A stretch of DNA of 64,000 nt from Owenia fusiformis (Eukaryota), in assembly GCA_903813345.2 (NCBI GenBank), contig CAIIXF020000001.1, positions 3,162,001 through 3,226,000 of the forward strand, given 5' to 3'. Below, piece by piece: positions 12,666-25,800 of the stretch. Position 1 is the first letter of the stretch; every line of letters starts with the position of its first letter. The translations under genes were made by a program, and so were the position numbers. The notes under the pieces were generated by a model. That model ran no database searches. It saw nothing but the letters and a program-made list of their open reading frames with translations, and was not told where the DNA came from.

Positions 12666-13810
12666 GAACACAAATGTGTATAAAATGTCCCCACCTATGG
12701 GTGATCCCGCCAAATGGTTATCCTAAAAATGAGTAGACAAGACTTTACCGACACAATTTGAGGACGGAAAAATTCAAAATGGCCACCTTAAAATTTACCC
12801 AGAATGCCAAAAATAAGTCAGTTCTAGATTTTCATACTAAGAACCATCCCTGAAAATTTGAAATTGATCCGTCACACAGTTAACCAGAAAACATGTAAAC
12901 AAAACTTTATAGACAAGATTTGAGGACAGAAAATCCAAAATGGCTGCCTTGACATTCATCCAGAATGCCAAAAAACTAATCAGTTCAAGATTTTCATACT
13001 AAGAATCATCCCTTAAAATTTGAAATTGATCTACCAAACGGTTCACCTGGAAATGCGTAGACAAGACTTTACAGACAAGATTTTAGGACGGAAAATCCAA
13101 AATGGCTGCCTTGACATTTACCCAGAATGCCCAAAAACTAATCAGATCTAGAGTTTCATACTAAGAATCATCCCTGAAAATTTGAAATTGATTCACCAAA
13201 CGGTTTCCCTGAAACGCGTAGACAATACTTTACAGACATTATTTTAGGACGGAAAATCCAAAATGGCCGACAATAAAAAAGTGATTAATAGTTTTTGCTG
13301 ATTTCTTTTTACAAAATTATCACATATAACTACTGTTAACAATAACATAGCTTTTACAACAAAGAACACCTGAAATTATTTATAAAGCTACTAAATAGTT
13401 AAAGTATGAAAACTGAAAAACACCATTCAATATGATACAAAGTATTATCGTGCGCTAACTTTTCTTCAAACATTCAAAATTGCTGACATGACTGAGCTAA
13501 CAGGTCCAAAACCTAATCAGATCTAGAATGAAGTGAGCTGAACAAGATGTTAACGTTTTAAAAGCAACTGTGAAGCCGTTTTCTTAAAGTTTGCAGACAA
13601 GGATTTTAGCATTTGACTTCAAAATGGCCGACAGGAAGAAGGTATCACGCTAATTTTATTCATCCACATCTATATGCACTCATGAGTTATCCCTGAAAAT
13701 TTGAAGGTGATATCTGTAGCGGTTTTGGAGAAAACTGCCGGACGTACGGACAGACAGACGGACGCGCCTAGGCCGACAATATGGCCCCACACTATGTGGT
13801 GGGGACATAA
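12666..13810. mobile_element. Helentron/HINE-like element with ~161-bp internal tandem repeats
   Basis: AAAATGTCCCCACC head, units at ~12777/12937/13099/13260, (GACG/GACA)n, terminal hairpin ...CCCCAC..GTGGGGACAT followed by an A-run. Confidence 0.7.
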
Positions 13811-14809
13811 AAACTACTAATATGAGTTTTCTAAGGTGCTTCGAATAATGAAAACAATATATTGGAAAAAGATTACAAAAATACAAAACAATATTTGTAA
13901 TGTTCTTCATTATATATCATATGATTTTATGTTCATTGTGTCACAAATGAATGTGAAAGATGCATGCATCTCAAAAGAATAGCAAATTCAAATAAACTAT
14001 TTTGAAAAAAGCTGTCAGCAGATACTCATATAAAATATATTTACATATAAATTATCAGCAAAATCCTTAGAGTGGTATTCATGTAAAGAAGTCAACAATT
14101 TTTTAATAAAAATAAATTCTCAAATGAAAATTATTATACTAATTAATTGTTCACATAAACAAAGTTAAAAAGGGTTTTAAACATAACGTTATGTTTTATC
14201 ATAACCCCTAAAGTTGAAACTATCTGTGCGAGTCTCTTTTCACAAACAATTCTGGTATGGAAGATATGTCATCCCACTAAACTGTACCTCCAGGACACAT
14301 AGTATAGGTGATGGTGCCATCTTGGGGACACATGAAGATGCCCTGGCAGTCAGATGGGTCAGCCATATACCCTTTCTTCACATGAGCAACACCGAGATAG
14401 TATGAATATTAATTTTGTGCATAGTAGTATTCTTAAACCATAAATTACATGGCTATTTAAGATCAAGGAAACAGCTGATGGGTTGCATAATACTTTCCTA
14501 CACTTGGAATGGTTGTCTCAAACAAATGTCATAATTGCGTCATTTTGAAAACAGCAATATTTACGATTCTCAGAGTCAACAAACGTTTGTGTTTTATTTA
14601 AAGAAATGTAAAAGGGTGATTTTGAAAATATAAAATTCCTTGTTCACATATGTAATATATCTACTTCCATTGAACATAGGGTCACTGTGACCTTTGGTAG
14701 CTTAATTCAGATGTCATCATTTTCAATTGATACATCGATCAATTAATCATTAAACTGGGTTGTTAAACTGAGACATAAACAACACAAACATATTCACCGG
14801 TAGTATCCA

Positions 14810-16579
14810 AAGCCCCGCTATGATTTCAAAGTCGCGAGCAAGTTCCCGCTGAAATCGCGAGGAATAAAAAAGTGATGGGTTGTCTTTTGTTTACTTGAAT
14901 TTTATGATGTACAAAACGTTTTCTTTTTAATTTTCCGCAATGATTACATGGTATTGAGACTAAAAAGGCAACTGATGGAAAAAAAAGTATCACGAGCGGT
15001 CGTTCTGTGGTTCTTTATTTGACAATTGAAGAGAGAAAAGTATCATCTTGAATATCTTTATCTATATATTTCTATACGTTATAGGTGAAGAACGACGTTG
15101 TCCTGAGGTTGAAATAATGGTAGTGATTTGAAATCAAAATGTAGTTGAGTTTCACTTCCTAAAGCTTTACAGAACACTTTATATTTCAATTTTATCATAT
15201 CGCTCAAGGCCCAGCTTCTAGCGTAGCAAAAAAAGCAAAGACCCCGCTGAAATCATGAGGAGGCCCCGCTGAAAACATGAGGAGGTCCCGCTGAAAACAG
15301 GAGCAAGTGTCTCTCAAAAATGGAATGAATCCTGATTATACCTTGTAAATCTCCCACTATCGTACCCAGCTTGATCCACTATTTTACCCAGTTTCATGAA
15401 TACATCATTTGTTGATACAATTCTCAAAAACAGCAAATACTGTATTGATATAGTACATATTATGATACGTTGTAATGGAAAATGTGATGAGAATTAGATC
15501 GGATGAAATGTTAAAAGTTTAACCTCATTTTCATAATTACGATGTGAACATAAATGTTGTTGATTTTACGCATCAAATCTAATCAATTCAACTGTTTGAA
15601 AAGTAAGTGGAATTCCATCATTAATGAGTACAAGTCGATATGTAGTAAGATTCATGCGTAAGCTAAAACGATTAAGTCAGAAAAATGTTCAGTTATACGA
15701 TTTTTGTCTCAATCTCCTGTTGCCAGCTTAGATACTCACTAACTCACTCACTCACTCACTCAACCACCCACTAACTCACTTACTTTTTCCCTCCCTTTTC
15801 AGAAATGAACGAACGCACGAACGAATGCAAAAAGTATTTACCAACATATAACGAACGAACCCTCGCACGTACGCACGCACGAACGAAGGCATGCACGAAT
15901 AAATGCACACACGCGCTAACGATCGGACGGACGAACGCCCGAACGGACGGTGGGACAAACAAACGCACGAATGAACGATTGGACGGTCGGACGGGCGCTG
16001 TCACGAACGGACGGTTTGACGATGGCACGAATGGACGATTTGACTATCGCACGAATGCACGAACGAACGAACGAACAAACGGTCAGACGAACGCATGCCT
16101 GAGCGAACGAATTTCGAACGAAAGCACCAACGAACGAACGGAAGGTCGAACAAACGCACACACGAACGTACTGTCGGACGAACGCATGCACGAACGGACG
16201 AACGCAAGCAAGAATGGACGGTCAGAAGAACAAACAAGCCAATGAAATATATGTGTCTTCAGGAATTCCTTGGAACATAGAATTATATAGAATTTACATT
16301 TAACTGTACAAGTGTACAAAGTCTGTTTACACATTTAAACATTTTATTTTATGACGACGCTGACGGATGGATCAAACTGCCTGAAGTTGCAGAAGAAATA
16401 GTTGCGATGTTGACATTGATATGTTATAATGGTATTAATACGTTATTGGCACGTTCTTGTACGTTCATATAAAGAAACTCAATATCTTCATGGAATAATA
16501 ATGAAGCTTTCCTCGCGATCGAAGCGGGACCTCCTCATATTTTCAGCGGAACCTCCTCATGTTTTCAGCGGGGCCACTG
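14810..16579. mobile_element. Degenerate DNA-transposon-like element with CCCCGCTGAAA subterminal repeats in inverted orientation
   Basis: Motif at 14813-14862 and three times at 15242-15305; reverse complement three times at 16509-16579. Confidence 0.45.
15733..16240. repeat. (ACTC)n followed by degenerate (GAAC/GCAC/GGAC)n microsatellite
   Basis: Read directly; accounts for the stack of spurious ORFs here. Confidence 0.9.
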
Positions 16580-18411
16580 AAACACCTTTAATGATGTATT
16601 TCGACCCCCATGGCAGACGTAATTGCACAGTTAATCATCAATACAGACAATATTGATCCAATATGTATTATGGAGTATGTAAATCGTATTTATTGCCTTT
16701 ATTTTAACGATAAAAGTAATGAACAGTAAATTATGCAAACGTGCATGTTGACGTCCCTCTTTTCAATGCCAGTGAAGAAGAATCATTTTTTATGTCATTG
16801 TTTGTCAAATGTATCTGTTTTTAAAGTATTGCTGGAGTATGGAAGAACAGTAATAAGTATTTTCTCCCTTATTTATTTAGATCGATGATTTTATTATAAA
16901 ACTGTAGCAATGAAGTCAAACACCTCTTAATTTCAAGTCTAACGTTTCATATATCTTTATTGTTAGTTATCAAGTTAAAGTTTAAAGTTACATCCTACCA
17001 AGCAGTGGGACAATTCTGGCGTCGTATCGCATTTTTATTTTATTTTCAATCTAATTTCAATAACTTTGCCCGGTTACGCCGGGGTTAGTTCAAAAAATGG
17101 CGTTGTACCGTTACATTCTATGGGAAGGGCTACGGCACCCTCTATGTTATAGTCTTTAGGACACAATTTCAAGTCAAATTGGGCAAGATATATGTTGTGC
17201 CTAAAATACAGTAAAATAACACTAAAATGAAACCGGCAGCCATTTTAAAAATCGGCTTTTGAGCAGATGCTGTCCTCCACGGAGGGCATATAATATGCAA
17301 GAGTTTGAGTCGAATAACGTTCTAGATGCTATGACACAGTGGGTGCCATAGCCACAGGTTCTGTCATGGCACCATCCCATGAATTGATTCGAAATTTTCA
17401 GGAAATTTCTATCAACATGAGGCATAGAAATCTGCACGAATTTGACTCCAGAGGTCTTGTAAGTCTTTCGTAAGTCATTCTTGACTCTTGTACTTTCATT
17501 TTTTCCGGACATTATATAACGCAGATATATTAAGTATGCAAAAAATTCATTTAGGTCCGATATCTTAAAGTCCGTGATTCCCACATATGTCATATATGTC
17601 CTAAATTTAGTTTCTCTGGAACTGCAATAAACGTCAAAAAAATGAACGACAATGGAATATGAGAACTAAAACAATGACGTCACATAGCTTATCGAAACTT
17701 ACTAATTTCGTAAGTCTCAAAAAATTACTAAAAAGTTACAAACTTTCGAGATATACAATTTGCGATTTCGTAACTTTTTGGAACTTACTTAATTAGTAAC
17801 AGTACTAATTTTAGAGGAATAGACCTTAGATTGTATTGTATTCGCGAATGCAACTAACGCCTGTCGGCTACAGGATTAACCTTGAGTATTTTATGACCAA
17901 CTCATGTAAATATGATTGGAATAGTGGCAGGTACTATTCATATTTAAATGAGTTTCCAATAAAACAGAAATCTAATCCGGTAGCCGACAGGCGTTAGAAA
18001 ATGCCCGCCATTTGAAAATCCACCGGTCATTTCTAAAAGTTCTTTTGATCAGAGCTTATTAGTCCTTTCGATCAAATCCATCCTTCAAGATGGGTCCTTC
18101 ACTGCGTTCATAGCAGTAATGAAATGAATTACTCTTGGGCCAAGGATGGATCAAATCTGTCTACTGGTATTTGAGTTGGAATTTTTATGGAACAAGGTCG
18201 ACATCTTTAATTGAGCAGCCATATTGAAAATTCGTTGTGGGACAGAGGTCCTTCAGACCTACATTCATAAGGTATATGGCTAAAAGCTATAAAATTTCAG
18301 ACAAATCAGTCAGCTGGTACTTGAATTATTGCCGGAGACACTACAGTGCTTAATCAACTGCAAACAGAAGGACCGCTTCTCTATATCCCTACAAACTTCA
18401 TTCGTAGGGAT

Positions 18412-19472
18412 AACTAGACAAGAGCAACGCCAAAGCGTAGCAAATCCCATCGAACAGTCATGGCTGGCATTTTTTACAAAGTATATAGCATAAATGGCAG
18501 CCATTTTTCAAAATGGCCACCTTCTACTAAAAGTGTCATAAGACAGTGTGCCATGCTTATAGTATTCACATACCAAATATGAACAAAATCGCCCAAATAT
18601 GAACAAAATCGCTCAACTACTTTTCAAGTTATAGTAAAATATGGTTAAATGGTCGCCTTCTACCAAAAGTGTCATTAGACAGTGTGCCATATGCTTATAG
18701 TATTCACATACCAAATATGAACAAAATCGCTCCACTACTTTTCGAGTTATAGTAAAAATAAGGAGGGAAAACCCCATGATTCAACTGATGACATACGATT
18801 TCCTCCTTCGCGCACCTCCTTTCCCGGAAGTACGTATATTTATACTTCCCTCCATCTTGGTTTTCAAATTGACCTAGTTTTAATTATAAACCAATCAACG
18901 ACCGACTCGCTAAACCAATCAGCGATGACGTCATCTCAATACAGATTTACATTATAAGCGTATGTCATCTTTGAACCCTGGGGTTTCTCCCCCTCTTAGT
19001 AAAATACGTTAAAATGGCGGCCATTTTTCAAAAAGTGTCATTAGACAGTGTGCCATGCCTATAGCATTCACATACCAAATATGAACAAAATCGCTCCACT
19101 ACTTTTCGAGTTTTTTGAGTTTCGAGCAAAAATCGTAAAATAACGAGTAAAGGCCGCCATTTTCAAGATGGCTGCCATGTGCTTCTTTAATATCTCAATT
19201 CTAGCTTTATTAATGTCCTATATAATCTTTTTACATTTAAAACATATTGCTATTACAGTTTTACATATTGCACCTAAACTACTGTAAAATCGGCACTAAA
19301 ATTTTGAAAATCGGCTTTCGAGCAGAATTTCTACCTCCATAGGGTATATGTGTTCAAAATATAAACAAAATCGGGCCAACAGTATTTGAGTTATTACCCG
19401 GACGGACGGACGGACGGACGGACGGATGGAGGCGTTCCCAATATCCCTCAGAACTTCGTTCGTAGGGATAAT
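18412..19472. mobile_element. Helentron/HINE-like element (family 1) containing a nested MITE
   Basis: AACTAGACAAGAGCAACGCC head, internal tandem units, (GGAC)n, terminal hairpin TATCCCT..AACTTCGTT..AGGGATA plus A-run. Confidence 0.7.
18761..18996. mobile_element. MITE with ~40-bp imperfect TIRs and ~10-bp TSD (Mutator-like)
   Basis: AGGAGGGAAAACCCCATGATTCAA...GATGACATACG versus CGTATGTCATC...TTGAACCCTGGGGTTTCTCCCCCTCT, flanked by TAGTAAAA(A)TA on both sides. Confidence 0.6.
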
Positions 19473-19611
19473 AAAAACATAACTCCTAAGATACTTTTAT
19501 CACACACAATATAAATATATTCTGATAAAACATATCCATAACAATTTCATCGAAGGTAGACCTGAAATGAATAAACCAATGTTCAATTCACCCAGGATTA
19601 GGGTAGTAGTA

Positions 19612-19868
19612 TTATCCCCGTCGTGGAGGCGAGATTGGTTCTGGCCTTGCTCGGCCCCTAATATTTCGTCCACCCATCCTATTGGACCTTGTCTGGAAGC
19701 CACATGGCACCATAAACGCAGGCAGACATTTCTTTTCCTCATTACTGAACGTATATCCCCCCTGGCACTCCCTATGTGTGATCTCATTGTTAAAACATTC
19801 AATATATTTTCTACAAGATGGGTCTGCTTTGTCTATCACCATTACCTTTAAATTAGGGCATTGCATAT
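19612..19868 (-). CDS. Gene B terminal coding exon: chitin-binding type 2 (CBM14/peritrophin-A) domain + Arg/Gly/Pro tail
   Basis: Six Cys spaced C-x14-C-x5-C-x9-C-x12-C-x7-C with the typical aromatics (KYIEC, GYTF), then [29 protein letters not shown]-stop. Confidence 0.88.
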
Positions 19869-22800
19869 CTGAAAATATATGTTGAAGTAGTCATGATGAG
19901 AATTAGACACGTGCGACAATACAGTGTTGACATGAATATTAGTCTATTCCATTAATTTGGCTTGACTAAGATAGCTCTGCCTACATTCTTTAGAAACATG
20001 TTCACAAGTTTAAATTGATTGATACCAACAGAGTTAACGTTCAACTATGTGAAGAGTAAATCCCAACAACAGAAATGGTAACTATTAATGGTTGATTTCA
20101 TAACGGCATAACTGAATCGTAGAGTTGAACCTCAAATAATAACACAAGATAACAGCAACGCCAAAGCGTAGCAAATCCTATCAAACAGCCATGGCTGACA
20201 TTAATACTTCAAATAGTTTTTCATTTACAGCAAACATCATAGTATAACAAACATAAAATGGCCACCATTTTCAAAACGGTCCCTCTCTACATCTACATGG
20301 CGGCCATTTTTCAAAATGGCCACCTTTTAGCCAAAGTGTCATAGGATAAGGTATTCACATATAAAATATGAATAGAATCACTTTCTTACTCTTTGAGTTA
20401 TCGTAAAAACATAAAATAACACGAATAAATAGTGGCCATTTTCAAAATGGCAACCTTCTAGCCAAAGTGTCATAAAACAGTGTGCAATGCAAATGAGTAT
20501 TTACATATCAACGAGAACTATCCCCCTTTGAAAGGAACGGGCCTTCGGGTCATCCCCAGAAGTGTCTTACTATACACATACGCAAAGAATACAACCAATG
20601 CTTTGATCCCACTTCTGACAACAATTTTATGATGACCCATCTGTACTAAATATGAACAAAATCGAGCCAACGGTATTTGAGTTATTATCCGAATGTATAG
20701 TTGGGGGAGTTCCCTATATCCCTCCGAACTTCGTTCGATGGGATAATAATATTATAATATCAATGTTAGGCCCAGTACCGTTTCCATCTCCAAAATCTTC
20801 ACATGTCACTTCATCTCCTGACCATTTTCCTTCTTTTGTACAAGTCCTCACTGCGTCTCCTTTGAGGATATATCCAGGGTTACACTCATACTTCATGTTC
20901 ATACCAATATAGCCTCCAAAGCCAGTCACTACTCCATTGCTGGGGTTCTTCAGGTCAGGGCACTTCTTAGATTCTGAAAGTAACAAATGTGACTATTTTG
21001 GTTGTTTAAAAGAATCTTTTAAAGAATGACCCTTAAGAAATGTATGACAATGAGAGAACAAACGAAAAGCTGAAACTTGTACATGTAATTGATTTTTATC
21101 AAAATCTTATGATCAGTTCCATAAGTGTTCATTTTAATAGTAGTTTAAGCCACCTTTGTAAGTGTTATTGAAATTTTATATGATTTTTTTTATTAATCTT
21201 CTGAGTTTGAGAATTTATTCGACATCTTTAAAAAAGAACAGAATCAGCAGGCCCGTAACCAGGGGGGTGCGCAGGGTTCAGGCGAACAACCCCCTGGCCA
21301 AAAATTCTTTCAAAATCATGCAGTTTTTCACCATTTTGAGCACTTCTCAAGTGATTTTCACCATATTTGGCCCAAAATTGTCAAATGTGAACCCCCCTGG
21401 AAATTTTTGAAAACTGAACCCCCCTTGGCAAATCCTGGCATCGGGCCTGATCAGTTCATGTTGTGATTAAAGACTCACGGAAATCTGATTGTTTGCTACA
21501 TTTAGGAGGAACGCCTGAGTATTCGCCACCTATTTCACACCTCCTGGCTCTTGAGCCTTCCAGGGTCTCTCCATCCTTACAGTTATACCGTACTATAGAA
21601 TTCAAGTATCCATTGGATGGTACCTCCTCAATAACTCCAGATGGAGTCCTGGGTGGAACACACACTGAAAATAATTATGTTCCATCATATAATATTAGAT
21701 CTTGTCATGTCAGTAGAATCTGGGAGGATAAAAGGCCAAGAAAGAAGGACTTTACCAATTTCAAATATAATAGATCTAAAATCTAAAAGAGGTCATGATG
21801 GAAGGACACAAAAAAATCAAATGAATTCTAAAGTTGAGAACATTTTCAGTTATTAACTGTCTTAACTATCTTGACCCTCTAACTAATCTCTAACAGACTA
21901 CTGTATATTCATTCAAAGTAAACACGTTGTTATTTTCCTTAATCTGCTGGATTACCTTCCTGGCAGAGATCTCCTTTAATGCCACTAGAACAGGTGCATT
22001 TGAAGCCTGGTTTGGCATTGACACATTTACCATTGTTCCAACAAGGGTTGATTGGCTTACACTCATCAATATCTGGAATATAATTTATTAGGATCTGTCA
22101 AATTATGTATGTAACAGGATTATCACTTATCACAGATATAGCCATGCCAATATCAGTAGCAATACATGTATGTGCTAATTTTTGTCACCATATATACAGG
22201 GTGGTCAAATAAAATGGCAACCCTGCCACCATTTTCCTCATATTTTTGTCATTTTAGGAAAATACTCCCTGATATTTGGTATCTGTGTACATCATTCAAT
22301 CCCCCGACGGCCTACAATATTTCATGACCATCAGATTGATAGTTACAATGTTACAGCACTTTTTATAACATGCTCCAGAGGCCAATGTTGCACTGTGGGC
22401 AAACCTGCTCCCGTCGTCATCCCTGTGGGATATGCCAAAGATAAGGTGTACAAAAATGACCTCGGGACAACAGACTTCAAAAGGCAGATCATAATTGTCA
22501 TTCAGGCCATACCTACTGGGGATTTCATTTGGGTCATAGATAGGTTGTGCAGGTTTGCCTAACTGCGATGATGGCTACATCTGGGGCATGTTGTTTAAAG
22601 TGCTGTAACATTGTGACTATCAGTCTGATGGTCATGAAATATGGTAGGCTGATAGGAAATTGAATGATGTACAAGTGTATAAAATATCAGGGAATCAAAA
22701 ATGACAAAGATACAAGGAAAATACAGGGTTGCCATTTTGTTACCACCCTGTACAATATTAAATATACAGTACATGTATATTATATATACAAGACTTAACA

Positions 22801-25800
22801 CTCGTCACAGTGAACTGTATAAGTGGTATTTAATCCGAGTGGTTAATTTGCCAAATGGTCAAATTTCATCATTTTCAAGAAAATATTATTCCGTACCTGT
22901 TTCACAATGCTCACCAGTCCATCCTTTCTCACACACACAGTTCACTCCATTTACTGCATCAATACATGTGCCACCATTCTGGCAAGGTTTTGGAGCACAA
23001 TCATCTATATCTATAGTGGATAAAAGCATGTATTGGTTGATTATAGGAAGTGATTAAATCTGATGTCATATTGACCAGTTGAATATAGTCCTTCTAAGAA
23101 ACTTTTTTTATTTGTTTACAAAAACAAGGCCAATGACGTGAAAGAAATCACACCACCAAGCACAGGGCGTTAACATCCTCTATCATGTGAACGAATTTGG
23201 AGAAAATCCAATGAGCAGTTTTCCTGAAATAGTGATGACAACACTTTCAAAATGGCCACCGGAAAACAAGATGGTTGCTCAAAAGTTAACTAGCTCAAAA
23301 CTTTATATCCTATATCATGTGTACAGATTTGGAGGGGTTGTCCTGGAATCACAATGACAATAAACCGGGATGCCACATGATCACACTAATGATAAAGGCA
23401 TCAACATGACAACAATATAACACCAGAGGTGTGATAATAACACCAGAGGTATGATAAAAAAAGGAATGTCTGTGTACATTCTCCAGTAAATCATATTGCA
23501 TACATGCATTCTGGGAACTTACCTGTCTCGCAGAATACCCCCGTATATCCTACTGCACACTGACATTCAAAGCTGTCAGCCCCATCCACACAAGTAGCAA
23601 AATTTCTACATGGTCTTGATAAGCACTCATCAATATCTGAAAGTAAATATCAACATATCAAATATCTTAAATCATGATGATAAGGATGCCCAAAAGTATC
23701 AAACCTAAGCAAAAAATTTCAAAATTTGGAATCAAAAACTATAAATTGAAGCATTCCTGCTATTATAATATGGAATTCTTTGACCTGCATCAAGCCCTGT
23801 GTATCCCACTATCTACACATGTGTAGGGCAATAAATAATGCAAGAGACATAATGCAATACTACATTTTATAGATAAATCTATGGGTACTGGGCTCACATG
23901 GAGTTTCGATATAAGTAAAAATGTGAAAGTAATATTTGACATTTTCTAAACAAATGTTGGACAAAAATAGGACTTACCATATCTAAGTGATGACTTAAAC
24001 AACGCATTATATAACATGCAAACTGTCATCACCTGCCATTTGTTACAGACATTTTCCACTATTGTTGACAGACAGATGGACAATAGTGTTAAAGGAATTG
24101 ACAATAATTTTAAAATTACCTCCTGTTCAAGTTGCAATCATTTTTATAGATTATATTGATAGAATTAATATCACTGAATATGGTATTGCTTGTTGAGAAC
24201 CACACACCATTACCATTTATCATTTATTTGAGATTTAAGCAGGGGTCCATTTTTTAAAGAAATAATCATTTTAAAAGATTTCTTATGAATAGATAATAAA
24301 TAAGTGCAAAAAGTATGAATTATTATATATCAAGAGCATAATGTAAAATTTCAACTGAAAAGTTAGATCAAAATGGAATCCAAGTTCACAGTGGGGGGTA
24401 TAACTCATCAAACACTGTATAATTTTTTTTTAAACTTATTGTTACAGCCTTATGTTTTTAATTTGCTTTTGTTAGTTAGGATTATATCATTGACCATTCA
24501 TGAATTTTTGTGCACCATACAAGGTTACAGAACTTCATTTATGAACGATTTCAACAGGGGTCTATTTTACGAAAATTAAATATCTTTCCGGATAGTTCTT
24601 AGATGGAAAGCTGGTACATTGTTACGATTAAATTACATCATTAAGGTGTATAAATCATGAAAACAGGTTTCATCCTGATGTCTACAACCTAATTCGTATA
24701 AGGCCATGTCACAAATGGGGGGGGGACATTGACCTCCACTTGGGGATCTTTATTACTTGTATGATTTCAATATTACAATAATGTCGGCATCATTATAAAC
24801 AGGCGCTAAATAAGTGTAGAGTATTATAAATACGTTAACAGCAAGAAGATCTATACAATTGAAACTGTAAAACGAGATAACATTTGGGCTCTAAAATCAC
24901 AATGATTGGTATAACTAGTCAAATGTTTACTTTTTAAGGTTATTATCATATCCTAGCAATTTAAATTGTTTTAAATAGTTATAATTGAATTATTTGCAGT
25001 TTCTGAATTTTTGAATATCTTAAAATGGTTCAGATTTTCATTTATTGAAGATTTAATTTAAGTCTAATTCAAAAGGATGAATATTTTTGTGGATAGTACT
25101 CATATCAATTACTATTATTACCACCTTGCCGGGAATGTTATAGGGGTATTAGTGCTAGTTTAGAAGGCATTTATGTTACTTTATCGATCTGAGCAATATG
25201 TGACGTCATAGTGGCGGGCCATAGTTGCGGGCCAATTATGCATTAACGCCCGGCAATTTTCCCCGTGAAATGACATATCTTTCAATGCATATAATTTTTG
25301 CTATTTCAGCCCTGGGCATTAACTGTGGTAATACTAATAACCTCATTTCTGCGGGCAATATTAAACAAATACTGGATGATCAGGAGCTTGATATGGCAGA
25401 ATACCTATTCGAGAAAAAAATATTGGGCGAGGCGGTATTTATTAATTTCAATACAGAGCATTTGGGTTCTAGCATTGCCTCATGGGATAGTCTATTTTCT
25501 ACTAAATAAAATAATCTACATGTATTACTAAAGTTTTGCAAAAGCCGATTCATAAGTAAATAATTCGTTGTAAACTTCAAAAGTGTCAATATCTAATATT
25601 TTTCATTATTATGGACCTCTGTTAAAACCCTCAATGATAAGTAAACGATAATGTTGACAGGTCCTCAACGGATGAAAACGAATGTAGGAATATATGTTTT
25701 ATCATTTAAACATATCATTTAACAATTGGCGGATCAACGAAAAACAAGATGATGTTAAAATAAAGTGAACTAAATGTAACCATTATTTTTTATCATTTTG

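Noticed and set aside
15776-16334. Cluster of overlapping ORFs (NERTNE / SFVRSFVR)
   Set aside because: Translation artefacts of a tetranucleotide microsatellite.
22182-22801. ORFs of 126 aa (+) and 68 aa (-) resembling each other
   Set aside because: They are the two arms of the MITE's inverted repeat.
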